From: the human T2T-CHM13v2.0 reference genome, Homo sapiens
DNA length: 64,000 nt
Assembly (NCBI RefSeq): GCF_009914755.1
Contig: NC_060930.1
Reading direction: 5' to 3' (one strand)
The translations under genes and the position numbers were made by a program. The notes under the pieces are model-generated. The model had not been told where the DNA came from and made no database searches. It was given only the letters and a program-made list of their open reading frames with translations. Positions 14,909 to 29,306 of the stretch are shown one piece after another. Position 1 is the stretch's first letter, and every line of letters begins with the position of its first letter.

Positions 14909-15132
14909 AAGAATGGTTGAATAGAAAGACAGGAGTCTGAGTTCTCAACAGTGAACTAGCCTTGAACTGCCTATCTCTTAATTATTTTAGGTAAGAATAA
15001 ACCTTTGTGTTTAAGCTGCGAGCAAATGAAAATCAGGCTCACTCTTACTTGTTAAAGAGTGTTTACAAATACTTCATTTAGCACAGCAAATAAGAGTGGG
15101 TCCAAACTCCATATCTTGTTCACTCCAATGTG

Positions 15133-15297
15133 ATTTTTTTTTTTTTTCAGAGACAGGGTCTCGCTCTGTCAACCAGGCTAGAATGCAGATGCATGATCCA
15201 TAGCTCACTGCCACCCAGAACTCCTTGGTTCAAGTGATCTTCCTGCCTCAGCTTCCTGAGTAGCTGCGATTATAAGCACAAGCCACCATGCCTGGCC
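15133..15297 (-). mobile_element. Alu monomer/fragment (FRAM/AluJ)
   Basis: Poly-T followed by a reversed right arm. Confidence 0.8.
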
Positions 15298-15658
15298 ACT
15301 CCAATGTTTAACCATTTAAGCATTAATTAATCTTCTATCCCTTAGCTAAGAACATTAATTTTCTTCTATTCTTCAGTTAAGAACAGCTAGGGTGGACTTC
15401 TTAAATATTCACTTCTTTAATTTTAATATAATTAAGTCATTTCACTACTTTCTTGTCAATGTTCCACCTAAAAAGGATGATTGCATGGTTTCTAAAGACT
15501 ATATTCAGATATATGTGGAACAGTTTCAAGCTTGATCTTCCACAAAGTGACAACACAAGTACATTTGTATCCATTCTGTGTTCCCTAATCCTCCCAATGT
15601 GCCCATAGCTGAAAAACACTTCTTCAAATTTATTTATCTCGTTTATGTGATTATTTAC

Positions 15659-15975
15659 CTGTTCCTGAATTTTGATTTCCTGGTAATCTCTACACCTGGT
15701 TGGAGACGAAGACAAGCCTGAGAGGCAAGTGAATTTAGAGGAATCACAGCTCTCCAAGCTGGGACACGAGGATGGCCGGCAAAAGGTGTAATACTGCTCA
15801 AAGTCAGCCTTGATCACAAACACATGCTTGCATTTGTTACACATGTAATCCCGCTCAAACTCCAGAACCTTCACCAGACTTGTTCGAATCACTGTCCCAG
15901 TGACAGATAAAAAGTGTCCCACATCCTTGGTTTTAGGTATGTGTTCCCTCACCAGCTCAGGACAGACAGGCAAAC
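15659..15975 (-). CDS. MCM9: MCM9 coding exon 2 (c.305-621): OB-fold and C4 zinc finger (CNKC...CPSLESC), ending [10 protein letters not shown]
   Basis: ctccatcag|GT ... CAG|gtaaat; 317 nt; lies within ORF 15437..16030. Confidence 0.98.
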
Positions 15976-16625
15976 CTGATGGAGAAAACAAAAAAACAGC
16001 ATCAACTTCAATCTTGAGATTTGACTCCAAGGGATATATTCTTCTCCTATTTCCTGAAAGATAAATTTTAATTTCAGGGGGAAAAAAAAGATTGTGTTTT
16101 ACTAAGAAAAAATCAGATCATCAACTCTATTAAGAAAATATAAAGAATTATTGCAAATAACAGTTATCAGTAGAGTTTTTTTTTAATCCAGATACTGCAC
16201 AATGAGTAGACCATGTTTTAAAGCAAATAGCTAGAAGTTATAATAACCAGGATTTTAAAAAGGACTTATTCTCACAAGAGGGCTATCTCAGTAGGATCTA
16301 AAGTATATAATTTTAACGGCATTTAACAAAAAATATATTGCCACTTGCCACAGATAAAATCAACTGATGATTATTTTAGTAAATCACGCAGCAGACCGAT
16401 AAAGAGATGGTAGCATGACGACCACAGAGTTCCACAGCGCTAGAAAGTTACTTTTTCAGTCAGACTCAGAATTTATTAATACATAAATATGACAGTGTTT
16501 TTGAGCCCTGACTTACCTAGCGGTTTACCCGCAGCATCACCTTATCCTATAAAAGCCTTGTGTTTTTCAACATTAAAAAACAGGCAACAGAAAAGGTGCA
16601 AAATGCCAAAGAAAATTCTTACTCA

Positions 16626-16980
16626 GGCTGGGCACCGTGGCTCACACTTGGGAAGCCAAGGTAAGAGAACCGCTGGGGCCCAGGAGTTCAAGACTAGCCT
16701 GGGCAACATAGTGGGACCCCATCCCTATAAAAAATTAAAAAATCAGCTGGGCATGGTGGTGCATGCCTATAGCCCCAGCAACTCGGTAGGGCTGAAGTGG
16801 GAGGATCTCTTGAGCCCAGGGGGTCAAGGCTACAGTAACCATGGTCACTCCACTGAACTCCAGTTTGGGGAACAGAGGAAGACCCTGTCCAAAAAAAAAG
16901 AAAGACAGGGAGGGAGGAAGGAAGGAGGGAAGGAGAAAGAGAAAAAGAGGGGGAAAAGGGGAGAGGAGGGGAGGAGGAAA
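16626..16980 (+). mobile_element. AluJ followed by a purine-rich (GA/GGA) low-complexity tail
   Basis: Diverged dimer to ~16900; polypurine run 16905-16980. Confidence 0.85.
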
Positions 16981-17779
16981 ATCTTATGTGGAAATTCCCT
17001 CTTTCTCATGTTTGGCTACAATGCACCATTGGGGTGGAAAGATGCTGGCTATAAAGGCTAATTCCTAACAGGTTTATTGAAATAGCAACTGTTATGCCGG
17101 TTCATGTCTCCTGTCTTGTCCTCAGTATTTAGCGGTTCAAAAACCAGGTAGGTACGCCTACTGAAGGCCCATCCATCAGATTGTCCAGCCCATGAGAAAT
17201 GCCATAATAGGAATCATTATACCTTAAGTTTCTATGGTCAGCATATTTTCTCCTAGTTGATACATCTATTCTGAAAGCCAATCAGAAGGTAGTTTAGGAA
17301 GTATGAGGGGAAAAAGCAAATTAGAGTAACTGAATGTTTAAGGTGCCAGGCTATGTTAACCTACTGTTACAGGTTACAAGTCTACAGATAGACTTGAATT
17401 TTCTCTGTTGGTTGGCTGAAATTCTCTCTCCATACACTGTAGAGTGTATAGACAAACAAGGTGGCCATTGCCAACATTTGCCCCTATGACTCTTTTTTCT
17501 ATGCTTCTAAGACTGACTTGCCCATTTTCTAATGAACATATTCATTATTTACATTAATTCAGATTGCATCACATTTTGCCATTAAGGGAGACACACTTTT
17601 CGTTCATATCCTAGAATGTTAAAAAACAAGAAACAGCCCAGAGATCTCTCTCTCTTGTTTACCTGGCCTTAACTGGAATATATATTGTAATACATCTTAA
17701 CACTGCTTGTAGATTCTCAGTTACATTTATTTTGCTCCCTACATGAATACTTTAAAAAAAATATGAATACTTAAAAAAA

Positions 17780-18670
17780 AGCAAGATATAATTCACATGC
17801 CATAAAATTTACCCTATAAAGTAGACAATTCAGTGGTAATTAGTATATTCACAATATTGTATAACCATCACCACTAATTCCAGAATATTTTCATAATTTC
17901 AAAAAGAAACCCTGTACCCAGTAGCAGTCACTCCCCATTCTTCCATAACCCTAGCTGCTGGCAACCATTGATCTACTTTTGGTCTTCATGAATTTACCTA
18001 TTCTGGAAATTTCACACGTAGATGCTCCGTGACTTACAATGGGGCTACATCTCAATAAACCCATCGTAAATTGAAAATGTTGTAAGTTGAAAGTGCATTT
18101 AGTACACCTAACCCACTGAACATCATAGCTTAGCCTACCTAGCCTACCTTGAACATACTCAGAATACTAACATTAGCCTACAGTTGGGCAAAATAATCTA
18201 ACACAAGGCCTATTTTATAATTAAGTGTTGACTATTTCATGTTATTTATTGAATACTACACTAAAAGTGACAAACAGAATAATTTATGGGTGCTCAAAGT
18301 ATAATTTCTACTGAATCACTTTCGCATACTCATAAAGTCAAAAAATGTAAGTCAGGGATATCTGAACAAAATCATACAATATGTGGTCTTTTGAATCTGG
18401 CTTTATTTACTTAGAATAATGTTTTCAAGATTCATTCCTGTTGTAACATATACAGTACTTCACTCTTTTTATGACTAAATAATATTCCACTGTTTAGATA
18501 TACCGTATTTTGTTTATTCATTTATTAGTTGATGGACATTTAGGTTGTTTCCACTTTTTGGCTATTATGAATAATGCAACTACAAACATTTGTATGCAAA
18601 TTCTTGTTTGAACAGTTTTCGATTATCTTGGGCATACAGCTAAGGAGTAGAACTGCTGGGTCACATGGTT
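17780..18670 (-). mobile_element. Old L1M 3' fragment split by a Tigger4/MER46-type DNA transposon (~18020-18364)
   Basis: L1M-type 3' sequence on both sides of an element starting AGATGCTCCGTGACTTACAATGGGG and ending GTAAGTCAGGGATATCTG. Confidence 0.75.
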
Positions 18671-19088
18671 ATTAAAATAATTTTTTTAAATAATTTTATT
18701 TTTATGTTTGCAAACAGTCACTAAGTACTCTCTATTGTACATATACAGAAGGATACTCGAGTGGGAAATATGATAATTAACCCAATTTGCTTCTCGAAAT
18801 ATAAACAGAATGTACCAACAATTACTTCTACGAAGGAAGGTAAAAAGGAGAATAGAAAAAAAATAGGTAAAGAAAATTTGCTTTAACAAAAATTCTTTGG
18901 GTTTCTGAAATATTCATTCTCTCTTCCTTGGCCCTAAAGAAATATCACTTTTGCCTCCCATTTCTAGTCCCCTCATCTCAGTTCTGCTTCAGATGCAAAT
19001 TGATTGTTCAGTTTAAATTATATAGTCAGTATATTAAAACAAGAAAAACTAAGATCAGGAGAACCACATTACAGAAAATGTGGTGTTA

Positions 19089-19528
<440 letters not shown>

Positions 19529-19977
19529 TTACATAATATAAACTGTATAGACAGACACTTGTTATTTTTGGCTTAAAAACAAATTCTGGTTTAACAACAA
19601 AGCTGTGTAATTTAATTGTAGTTTTATTCCTAGAAAGCTATCTTTAATTTGATAGTGTTTCTTACTGTAAATAGCATCTTAGAATGGAAGAATAAAACAC
19701 TATATGCCCCATTGCTTCTAGAGTAACCTGAGCAATACATAATGAAGGCCAAATCTCCTTTGCTTTTACCCTTCCATGGCTTGCCACAGATCTAAGAATA
19801 AGGTACCAAATCTGGACTGGACTATAGGGCCTTTTGTGACTGGCTTCCTGTTCTATCAAGACTTCTGCGCACTTTTTCACATACAGTGCTCCCTTTGTCT
19901 CAGTGCTCTCCTCTTCACTCTGCTCCTCAAAAATGCCCACACTAAGAAGCAATGCAGTGGTTAAGAATACAGACTCA

Positions 19978-20284
<307 letters not shown>

Positions 20285-20427
20285 CTAGAATGCTTAGGTT
20301 TGAGTCACAACTCTGTCACTTACTAGCTGTGTGACTTTGGCTAAGTTGTAACCTCTCAGATTTCTCATCTATAAAATAACAACAGAACCTATCACACAGG
20401 GTAATAAGAAAACTAGAAGAATTCATA

Positions 20428-20715
20428 GCTTATACCTGTAATCCCAGTACTTTGGGAGGCTGAAGCAGAAGGATCACTTGAGGCTAGGAGTTCAAGACCA
20501 GCCTGAGCAACACAGAGACCCCACCTCTACAAAAAAAAAAAAAAATTTAAATAGCTGAGTGTGGTGGCACATGCCTGTAGTCCCAGCTACCCAGGAGGCT
20601 GAGGTGGGAGGATCGCTTGAGCCCAGAAGTTAGAGACTGCAGTGAGCTATGATTGTTGTGCAACTGCATTCCAGCCTGGGCAACAGAGTGAGACCCTGTC
20701 TCAAAAAAAAAAAAA
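20428..20715 (+). mobile_element. AluJ
   Basis: Dimer flanked by AGAATTCATA repeats. Confidence 0.88.
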
Positions 20716-20769
20716 GAATTCATACATGTAAAGTTTCTGAAAATATTACTCGGCATACAGCAAGCGCTA

Positions 20770-21144
<375 letters not shown>

Positions 21145-21538
21145 TTAATATATACATACACATGTATCTGTAGGCATGCATACACCATCTGGTAAATATT
21201 TGACTATATAGCTGTCTGCCATACAGCCCTGAGTTTTTTAAAGGAGGGAAAAACTATATTCTTTTTGGTTTCCCAAGATCCTAGCAAATGCCTACTGATG
21301 TTTTGTTCAGTAGTAACATAATTTGTAACTTACTTTTTCAGAGAATTGAAAAAATAAGCTAAATTCACCTGAAACTGATAGGGTCACTTAGGCAGACAGG
21401 ATTGTATTACTTAAACTCAGTATGGAAAGGTATCTGAAAATAATGGCAGCCTAAAACTATTTCCTAAATAGCATTTCGACAACATTAACTAAAGTCCCCC
21501 TTAATAATCCTTTTGCAAACTTATTAATAGGAAACATT

Positions 21539-21666
21539 GGCCAGACACGATGGCTCACATCTATAATCCCAACACTTTGGGAGGCCAGAGGAGGAGGATC
21601 ACTTGAGCTTGGGAGTTTAATACCAGCCCGGGTAACAGAGTGAGACTCCATCTCTAATTTTTAAAA
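21539..21666 (+). mobile_element. Alu monomer/fragment
   Basis: Left-arm sequence. Confidence 0.75.
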
Positions 21667-21799
21667 AAGGCTGGTGGGGGGGACCCTTTTTCTTGATCCC
21701 ATCAAGAGATTATCTAGTACCCTGATGCATAATGATTAATACTCTTCATAATTTATCCTAGCAAGTGTAACTGCAGACAATATTTTTCATTTAAATTAA

Positions 21800-22264
<465 letters not shown>

Positions 22265-23273
22265 TGCTAAATATTTATTTTTAAACAAAAGGGTATGTAT
22301 GTTCTCCAACTTAATCACAGACTGCCCTCAATATTCTGGACCTGCTTTTAATTTTACCAAATCTTTCTTTCATGTAAATAGAATTAATTTGTACTAGCCT
22401 TTATTAATTTATACAATAATGGCATAGTTAAATTTTGTTTTAATTAGGGGGTTGACAGGGACTCTAGAAGTGGTTTGCAAGTGAAGAAACTGAGGCTCAG
22501 TGAGATAAAATAACTTACTAAGTCTCCCAGGTTAGGCGTGTAGCCTTTAAATCCAATTCTTCTCTTTCGCCACACTATGCCTTCCAAGAAATTATTTCCA
22601 TGCAATGAACTAAATAAAAATTGTTACACTATAGTGTCACTTTTCCCTAAAATTCTTAATTCAACTCTATCCATCCTACTAAAAAATCACTTTTTAAACA
22701 GAAAGTGAGGGGCAAGAACTCCTAGAGGCAGGAATTCAAGGATACAGCTTTGCCACCCCAAGCTGCTGATTGCTCCACTGCAGTTTCTTAACAATTAAGG
22801 TGCTTTATCTGTCATGCATTCAACAAAAATGTATCGAGTAACTGGTAGGTAGACTGCACAATGCTAATACTGATCTTTAAAAATAACTAATGTCCTAAAA
22901 TAGTTCTGAAGATCCCTGGACAAGATCTATCACTTTTCTAATTCTTTGTATTACCAGTTCCTTTATTGTTAGTAACCACAAAAGCTCATAAAGCTGTTTT
23001 GAATTACATTTTTAAACACAGACGTGGAAATATATAGACACACAAGTATACTGCTGTCTCCACACATTCTCCCTCCCCTCAGTGGGCATGACTCATACTT
23101 CATGCCCACAGAACACAATTATTATTCTGCTCTAAAAGAAGTGACCATCAACTACACAACAGATATATATTTTAAGTATAAATATCAATTATTTCTTAGT
23201 GTTCTAAATCTAGTATATTTTCTCAAAATCTTTCTAGAAGATAGCATGGCAGTAAAATCCTTAAGTGATTTAC

Positions 23274-23577
23274 CTGATATCCTGGCATGAAGATTCTGTT
23301 TCATGGAAACAGCCTCAGGCTGAGAAAGGGACTGGAGAATTGTCAAGGCTGACCTTCGCAGTGCACTATCAAAAATTGTAAGCACTTCACTGGGGAACAT
23401 GTTGAAATATTCCCCGATTTCCATGTTGGTCTCAAACAGAGTCATGGCATTAACCACAACTGGGTAATGAGCATCTTCATCCCTTTCCTTCAAGATTAGA
23501 AGAATATCATTCTTATGGTATTCCGAAACATATGACTCAAACACTTGACCAACCAGTGTAACTTGATCGCTATTCAT
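23274..23577 (-). CDS. MCM9: MCM9 coding exon 1 (c.1-304): [29 protein letters not shown]...NLHARIS; the exon starts at 23592
   Basis: ATG at 23577 in caagATGa; acceptor tttctttag| before 23592; donor TCAG|gtaaat; recognisable MCM9 N-terminus. Confidence 0.98.
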
Positions 23578-23899
23578 CTTGAATCTAGGTAACTAAAGAA
23601 AAAAAAAAGGATCATATTATATATTTGATACTCAAGATGTACACACAATTTAACAAAAACGATTGGTTATAAATCACACTGGCTTTGGGTCATACTATAA
23701 TCACAAAATAATATCTGAATTCAAATCTTAATGAAATCTGAATTATCTGTTACAGTCACAGTACATGTACTTCAAAAATGAGTGAAGTCAAATGTAAGTC
23801 AAAGAACTATGTTGGTACTGATTATCAAAATCCAAAATAGTTCAAAGCATTTCCCATCTTTTCCCCAAATTTCCTTCATATTAACCCTGCATTAATATA

Positions 23900-24224
23900 C
23901 AGGCATGCACCTAACAACATTTCCGGACTGCACTTATAAAAGTGGTCTCATAAGATTATAATACTGTATCCTTATTGTATCTTTTCTATGCTTAGATACA
24001 TAGATACCATTGTGTTACAACAACTGCGAACAGTATTCAGTACAATAATATGATGTACAGGTTTATAGCCTAAGAGCAACAGGCTATGCCATATAGCCTA
24101 GGTGTATAGTAGGCTGTATCATCTAGGTTTGTGTAAATATACTCTATGATGTTCACACAAGGACAAAATCACCTAATGACAAATTTCTCAGACTGTATCC
24201 CCATCATTAAATGACATATAATGG
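23900..24224. mobile_element. Tigger3/MER7-type DNA transposon
   Basis: CATAAGATTATAATACTGTAT...ATAGCCTAGGTGTATAGTAGGCT...TTTCTCAGACTGTATCCCCATC; TA flanks. Confidence 0.8.
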
Positions 24225-24460
24225 TATTTATTTTACATAATATATGTAAGAGGCCACATTCCATACACACACATTTGCTCTCAAGTATAAAATCTGAAAC
24301 ATATCTTTTGGCTTAAGTCAGTAACAGTGGAGTTCTTTGCAAGAGTCCTGGTTCTAGCTTTTGTTTATATAAACACAGTGTCATTCTTTCGTGTGCTCTC
24401 TCTCTCTTTAGTTATACACACACACTCATGTGTATTCTGCTATGTAACTGAAACACATAC

Positions 24461-24594
24461 CATTAATCAGACTGACAGCCAGTTCTGACATGAATAATTA
24501 ACAGACTGTCCTTAGAAATTCATACTTGGAAGTGAATTTGTTTCCTTCTTTCTCTTTCTTACCGTAGGAAATCTACTGGGTTCTGCAGAAACAG
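24461..24594 (-). other. MCM9: MCM9 non-coding 5'UTR exon (134 nt)
   Basis: Polypyrimidine tract plus tgacag| acceptor; donor ATG|gtatgt at 24461; internal alternative donor ACG|gtaaga at 24563. Confidence 0.7.
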
Positions 24595-25071
24595 CTGTCA
24601 ACAATGCAAAGAAAACAGATAAACATAGGAAGGTGAAAAAACACTGAGTCTTCAAATAATAAAAAAGTATTATTGAAAATAAATACAGCATATACCATTA
24701 CTTTATCTCATTCCCCTGGCACTCTATTAAAAAGTATGTATCTACAGATAAAAAGCACCTATCCCCATTCTAGTTTCATGTATACAGACGGATAACAAAT
24801 TACATATGTATAAACCCAATTCAATGTCCATTTCCTAATATCTACCATGTACAAGGCACTATGCTGGCAAATGAAAAGTATAGTAAAAGGTTCTCTATGT
24901 CCTCAGAAATCCAAGGGGCAAATAAAACGAAACAGTGCTCTACCAGTGGTCAAAAATGCAATATGAATAGGAGTCAAAGGAGAGGGAGGTTAAATTTAAA
25001 TGAGGTGACGATCTCAGAAGTAGCACTGGACAGTTAGAAACCAGCTGTCCAAATAAGAAACACTTATTTGG

Positions 25072-25427
<356 letters not shown>

Positions 25428-25817
25428 TTAAATTTGACTTACTTCATTTGTCCAACATTTATTGTACTGGACTCTACAAATACGAATATTAAAGGAGACT
25501 GCTATAAAGTTCACAGTTTATCATCCTAAGTACGTGTTATACACGCTATTTGCTATATTTTGCTTTCTCTGAGAATCTACTATTTCGCAAGGTGTGAAAC
25601 GTTTAAGAAGTACATACAGCAGTTAGGTCAAGAATCCTGACCACTATAGGAGGCCAGAGTGAGAGTAAGAATGAGTAAATGTATATCCAAGACAATGAGT
25701 GGAAATAAATTACGGCCTCCACGGTAATTTGTTTTTGGTTAAGCAATATAAATTCAGCCAAGTGTAAAGCAGAAAAAGCACTTGGGAAGGAATATCTCCA
25801 CAATGTGGACTTTGCCC

Positions 25818-25850
<33 letters not shown>

Positions 25851-26269
25851 CTCCCAACAGTGGCTACAAGAGAATCACTATGATTCTATTAAAGCATATT
25901 AAGTTTAGAGCCACAAATTTAGCAATTTGAAAAACAGCTCCACACAAGGCAGGAAAAGGGCAGCAGCAGAATTCAACGTTCAAATTAAGGTCAGATTAAA
26001 TTTTGCCTAGTTAGGCTAGCATTTCTATGGTTATATGGACCATCGTTATTCATTCCCTTTCAACATCTATGCAAAACTGACTAATCAACTGTGTTATCAG
26101 CAGTTTGCTAAATCAATAAACGTACCTACTACCCACCCAGATAGACACTGGAGGGACTTTTTGTTTTGAGAAGGGTCATTTCACAACTTTCAAGTTCTCT
26201 TTCCTTTTCTTATTGAATATTTGGGGTCAAAATAAAATCATTTGCTTTACTTTGTCCTCTTGACCACAG

Positions 26270-27165
26270 CGAAGCGTCGAAAAGAAGACAGGAGAGTGCC
26301 TAACTGCACTGGCATCCCCCAGCTGTCTCCGGGAATCGCGGCAGCCCCGCCCCGCCCGCCTGCACCTGCCGGGAGCCCCGCCCCCTCCGCGCGGGCTGGC
26401 GGGACGCGCGCCCTCGGCCCCGCCCCACTCCCTCCGCCCCTCTCACTGCGGGGGCGCGCCATTTCGCGCCTCCGGGCCGCTCGGCTGCCCCAGGGGCGCC
26501 TGGCAAACGTGGAGTCGCTCGGTTTTGGAGGCATGCTTTCCAAACTTTCTAATTCACAGGGTCTTTGCACGCAGCCCCTGCCCCACAACACCTTGGCAGT
26601 CTCTGAGACTTCTGGGGCTCTTCTCCCGGGCAGCTCCCGTGCCTGTCCGGTCCCGGAGTTGAATAGTTTTTGAAGTAATGAGACGGGAACGAGACTTGGG
26701 ACGAACTGGAGAAAAACATAACCGCGAAAGGAGGAGGCGGCTATCACTTACTGGCTGTGTCAGAAGTCGCCGGGGACGCGTTGCTCCCGAGGCCGAAGGG
26801 CCCAGAGAGCTCCAGCCAGGCAGCGGGTTCGTCTCCGGCGCAAGAAGGCTGGTGAGGCGGGGTGCGCGGGTGCACGTGGCCGCTCGAGGCGCCACCGGCC
26901 GCGGGGACGCGCGGGCTGTGTCGGGCGCCCTAGCGCCTGCGGCTCTGCCGGGCCTGCGCTCTCGACCGACGCCGGGCCGCGCACCGCCTCAACTTCCCTG
27001 CCCCGGCGGCTCTTCCGGATGGAGACGAGGCAGCGGGGCGGGGCGGAGCGGAGCGGGCGGATTGGGGCGGAGCCAGGAGGGTCCCGAGCGGGGAGAGGGG
27101 CGGGACCCGAGCAGTGACCTCAGGCTAAGTGGCCAGAGCAGGGTTGAGCGGCGGCTCAGATCGGA
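26270..27165 (-). promoter_or_regulatory. MCM9: CpG-island promoter of MCM9
   Basis: The only CpG-dense block in the window. GC boxes 27035-27044, 27064-27073, 27097-27105; ATTGG (CCAAT on minus) 27061-27065; ETS-like CTTCCGG 27012-27018; CACGTG 26873-26878; E2F-like TTTCGCGC 26462-26469 and TTTCGCGG (minus) 26722-26729. Confidence 0.9.
26752..27016 (-). other. MCM9: MCM9 first, non-coding exon (TSS approximate)
   Basis: GC-rich, ATG-free segment in the CpG island ending in CCA|GTAAGT (26751-26746); GC boxes lie just upstream on the minus strand. Confidence 0.65.
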
Positions 27166-27804
27166 TCTTAGGGTTTGTTTTTTGTCTGTCCAAGGAATTT
27201 GCCTAACCCAAGGCCACAGAGGATCTCTTCTGTGTTTTCTGACACAAGTTTTAGAATTTTAGGTTTTATATTGAGGTCTGTGATCCAATTAGAGCTAATT
27301 TTTGTCTGTGGTGCAAAGTATGGATCTTAGGTCATTTTTTTGTATGTGAATAGTGTCATTTGTTTAGAGAGCTTTCTTTTTCTCACTGAATAGCTTTTGC
27401 ACCTGTTTAAAATCAGTTGTCCCTAAAGCATCCGTTGTGGGTCTATTCTTAGACTTTCTATTCTGTTCCGACAATTTATTATATTTCTCTCTACAAAAAT
27501 ACCACATTGTCTTGATTCCTGTAGATTCATAAGAGTCTTAAAATCAGATCGTGTTTGGCCTCCAATTTTTTGTTCTTTTTCAAAAATGTTCTGGCTCATC
27601 TAGTCCCTTGGGTTTTCATATGAATGTTAAAATCAGCTTGTCACTTTAAAAAGTTGGGATTGTGATTGGTTATATTTCGTCTATAGATCCATATAAGAAT
27701 AATTTACATGTTAACAATATTTAGTAATGACCCTTAAAGTAAGGCTCTTCATTTATTTAGGTGTTATTTCACTCAGCAAATGTTTTGATCTTTTGTCAGG
27801 TCTA

Positions 27805-28182
27805 GTCTTATATAGTCCATTCTCACAGTGGTAATAAAGACATACCTGGGACTGAGTAATTTATAAAGGAAAGACGTTTAATTGACTTACAGTTCAGCAT
27901 GGCTGGGGAGACTTCAGGAAACTTAAAATCATGGCAGAAGCGGGAGCAAACCTCCTTCTTCACAGGGCTGCAGGAAGGAGAAGTGAGGAGCAAGGAGGGA
28001 AAAGCCCCTTAGAAAACCATCAGATCTTGTGATACCTCACTCACTATCAGAGAACAGCATGGGAATAACCACCCCCATGATTCAGTTACCTCCCACCGGG
28101 TCCCTCCCACAACACCTGGGGATTATGGTAACTACAGTGAATCAAGATGAGGTTTGGGCAGGGACACAGCCAAACCATATCA
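27805..28182 (-). mobile_element. THE1 MaLR LTR
   Basis: AAAGACATACCTGGGACTGAGTAATTTATAAAGG...GGGACACAGCCAAACCATATCA. Confidence 0.85.
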
Positions 28183-28281
28183 CCCTATGTCAGATTTATC
28201 CATAAATCTAAGGATGGGGGAAAAATATACTTCTTGATATTATGTAAATGACATTTTAAATTTTCAGTTGTTCTTTGATAG

Positions 28282-28655
28282 TGTCTTAGTCTGTGTTGCT
28301 AAAAAGGAATGCCTGAGACTGAATAATTTACAAATAAAAGAGGTTTATTTGGCTCACACTTCTGCAGGCTGCTTCTGGTGAGGGCTTCAGGCTGCTTCCA
28401 CTCAGTGAAGGGGAGGCTGCCTGTGCAGATCACATGGCCAGAAGAGAAGCAAGAGAAAGGGGAGGTAGTGGTCAGGCTCTTTTTAACAATCAGCTCTGGA
28501 GGCAACTAACAGAATGAGAACTCATTATGCAATGGCAGCACTAAGTTTTCCTGAAGGATCTGCCCCTGTGACCCAGACACCCCCCAACTAGGCCCCACAC
28601 TTGGGATCAGATTTTAAGATGAGATTTGGAAGGGAGAAATACTCAAACTATGTCA
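28282..28655 (-). mobile_element. MST-family MaLR LTR
   Basis: TGTCTTAGTC...AGGAATGCCTGAGACTG...CAAACTATGTCA. Confidence 0.8.
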
Positions 28656-28689
28656 GATAGTGTGTAAAAATATTATTGGGGGTTTTGTT

Positions 28690-29306
28690 GTTGTTGTTAC
28701 AGGTTCTTGCTCTGTTGCTCAGGCTGGAGTGCAGTGGTGTGATCACGGCCCACTGCAACCTCTGTCTGCCAGGTTCAAGCAATCCTCCTACCTCAGCCCC
28801 CTAAGTAGCTGGGTGATATGGTTTGGCTGTGTGTCCCCACCCAAATCTCACCTTAAATTGTAATCCCCAGGAGTCTGGTGGGAGGTGATTGAATCATGGG
28901 GCGAACTTCCCCCTTGCTCTTCTCATGATAGTGAGTTCTCATGAGATCAGGTTTTTTGAAAGTGTCTGGCACTTCCCCCTCACTCATTCTCTCTCTCTGG
29001 CAGTTCCCCCTCACTCATTCTCCCTCTCTCTCCCGCTCTGCTATGGTAAGACGTGCTTGCTTCCCCTTTGCCATCTGCCATGAATATAAGTTTCCCGAGG
29101 CCTCCTAGTCATGCTTTCTATTAAGCCTGCAGAACTGTGAGTCAATTAAACCTCTTTTTGTCATAAATTGCCCAGTCTCAGGTAGTTTTTTATAGCAGTG
29201 TGAAAACAGACTAATACATTGGAATTATAGGTCTGTGCCACCATACCTGGCTAATATTTTGGTATTTTTTTGTAGAGATAGGGTCTCACTATGTTGCCCA
29301 GGCTGG
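28690..29306. mobile_element. Reverse AluJ-type element split by a plus-strand MSTA-like LTR (28814-29218)
   Basis: The Alu stops at GTAGCTGGG; the LTR runs TGATATGGTTTGG...GACTAATACA; the Alu resumes TTGGAATTATAGG. Confidence 0.85.

Noticed and set aside
15437-16030. 197-aa ORF as a stand-alone protein
   Set aside because: Only 15659-15975 is exonic; the flanks are open intron sequence bounded by good splice sites.
25817-25843. Isolated poly-A run as a processed pseudogene tail
   Set aside because: No recognisable upstream retrocopy or TSD.
26242-27262. Long overlapping ORFs (143-194 aa) on both strands
   Set aside because: Expected from stop-codon scarcity in a CpG island; low-complexity R/G/P/A composition and no recognisable domain.
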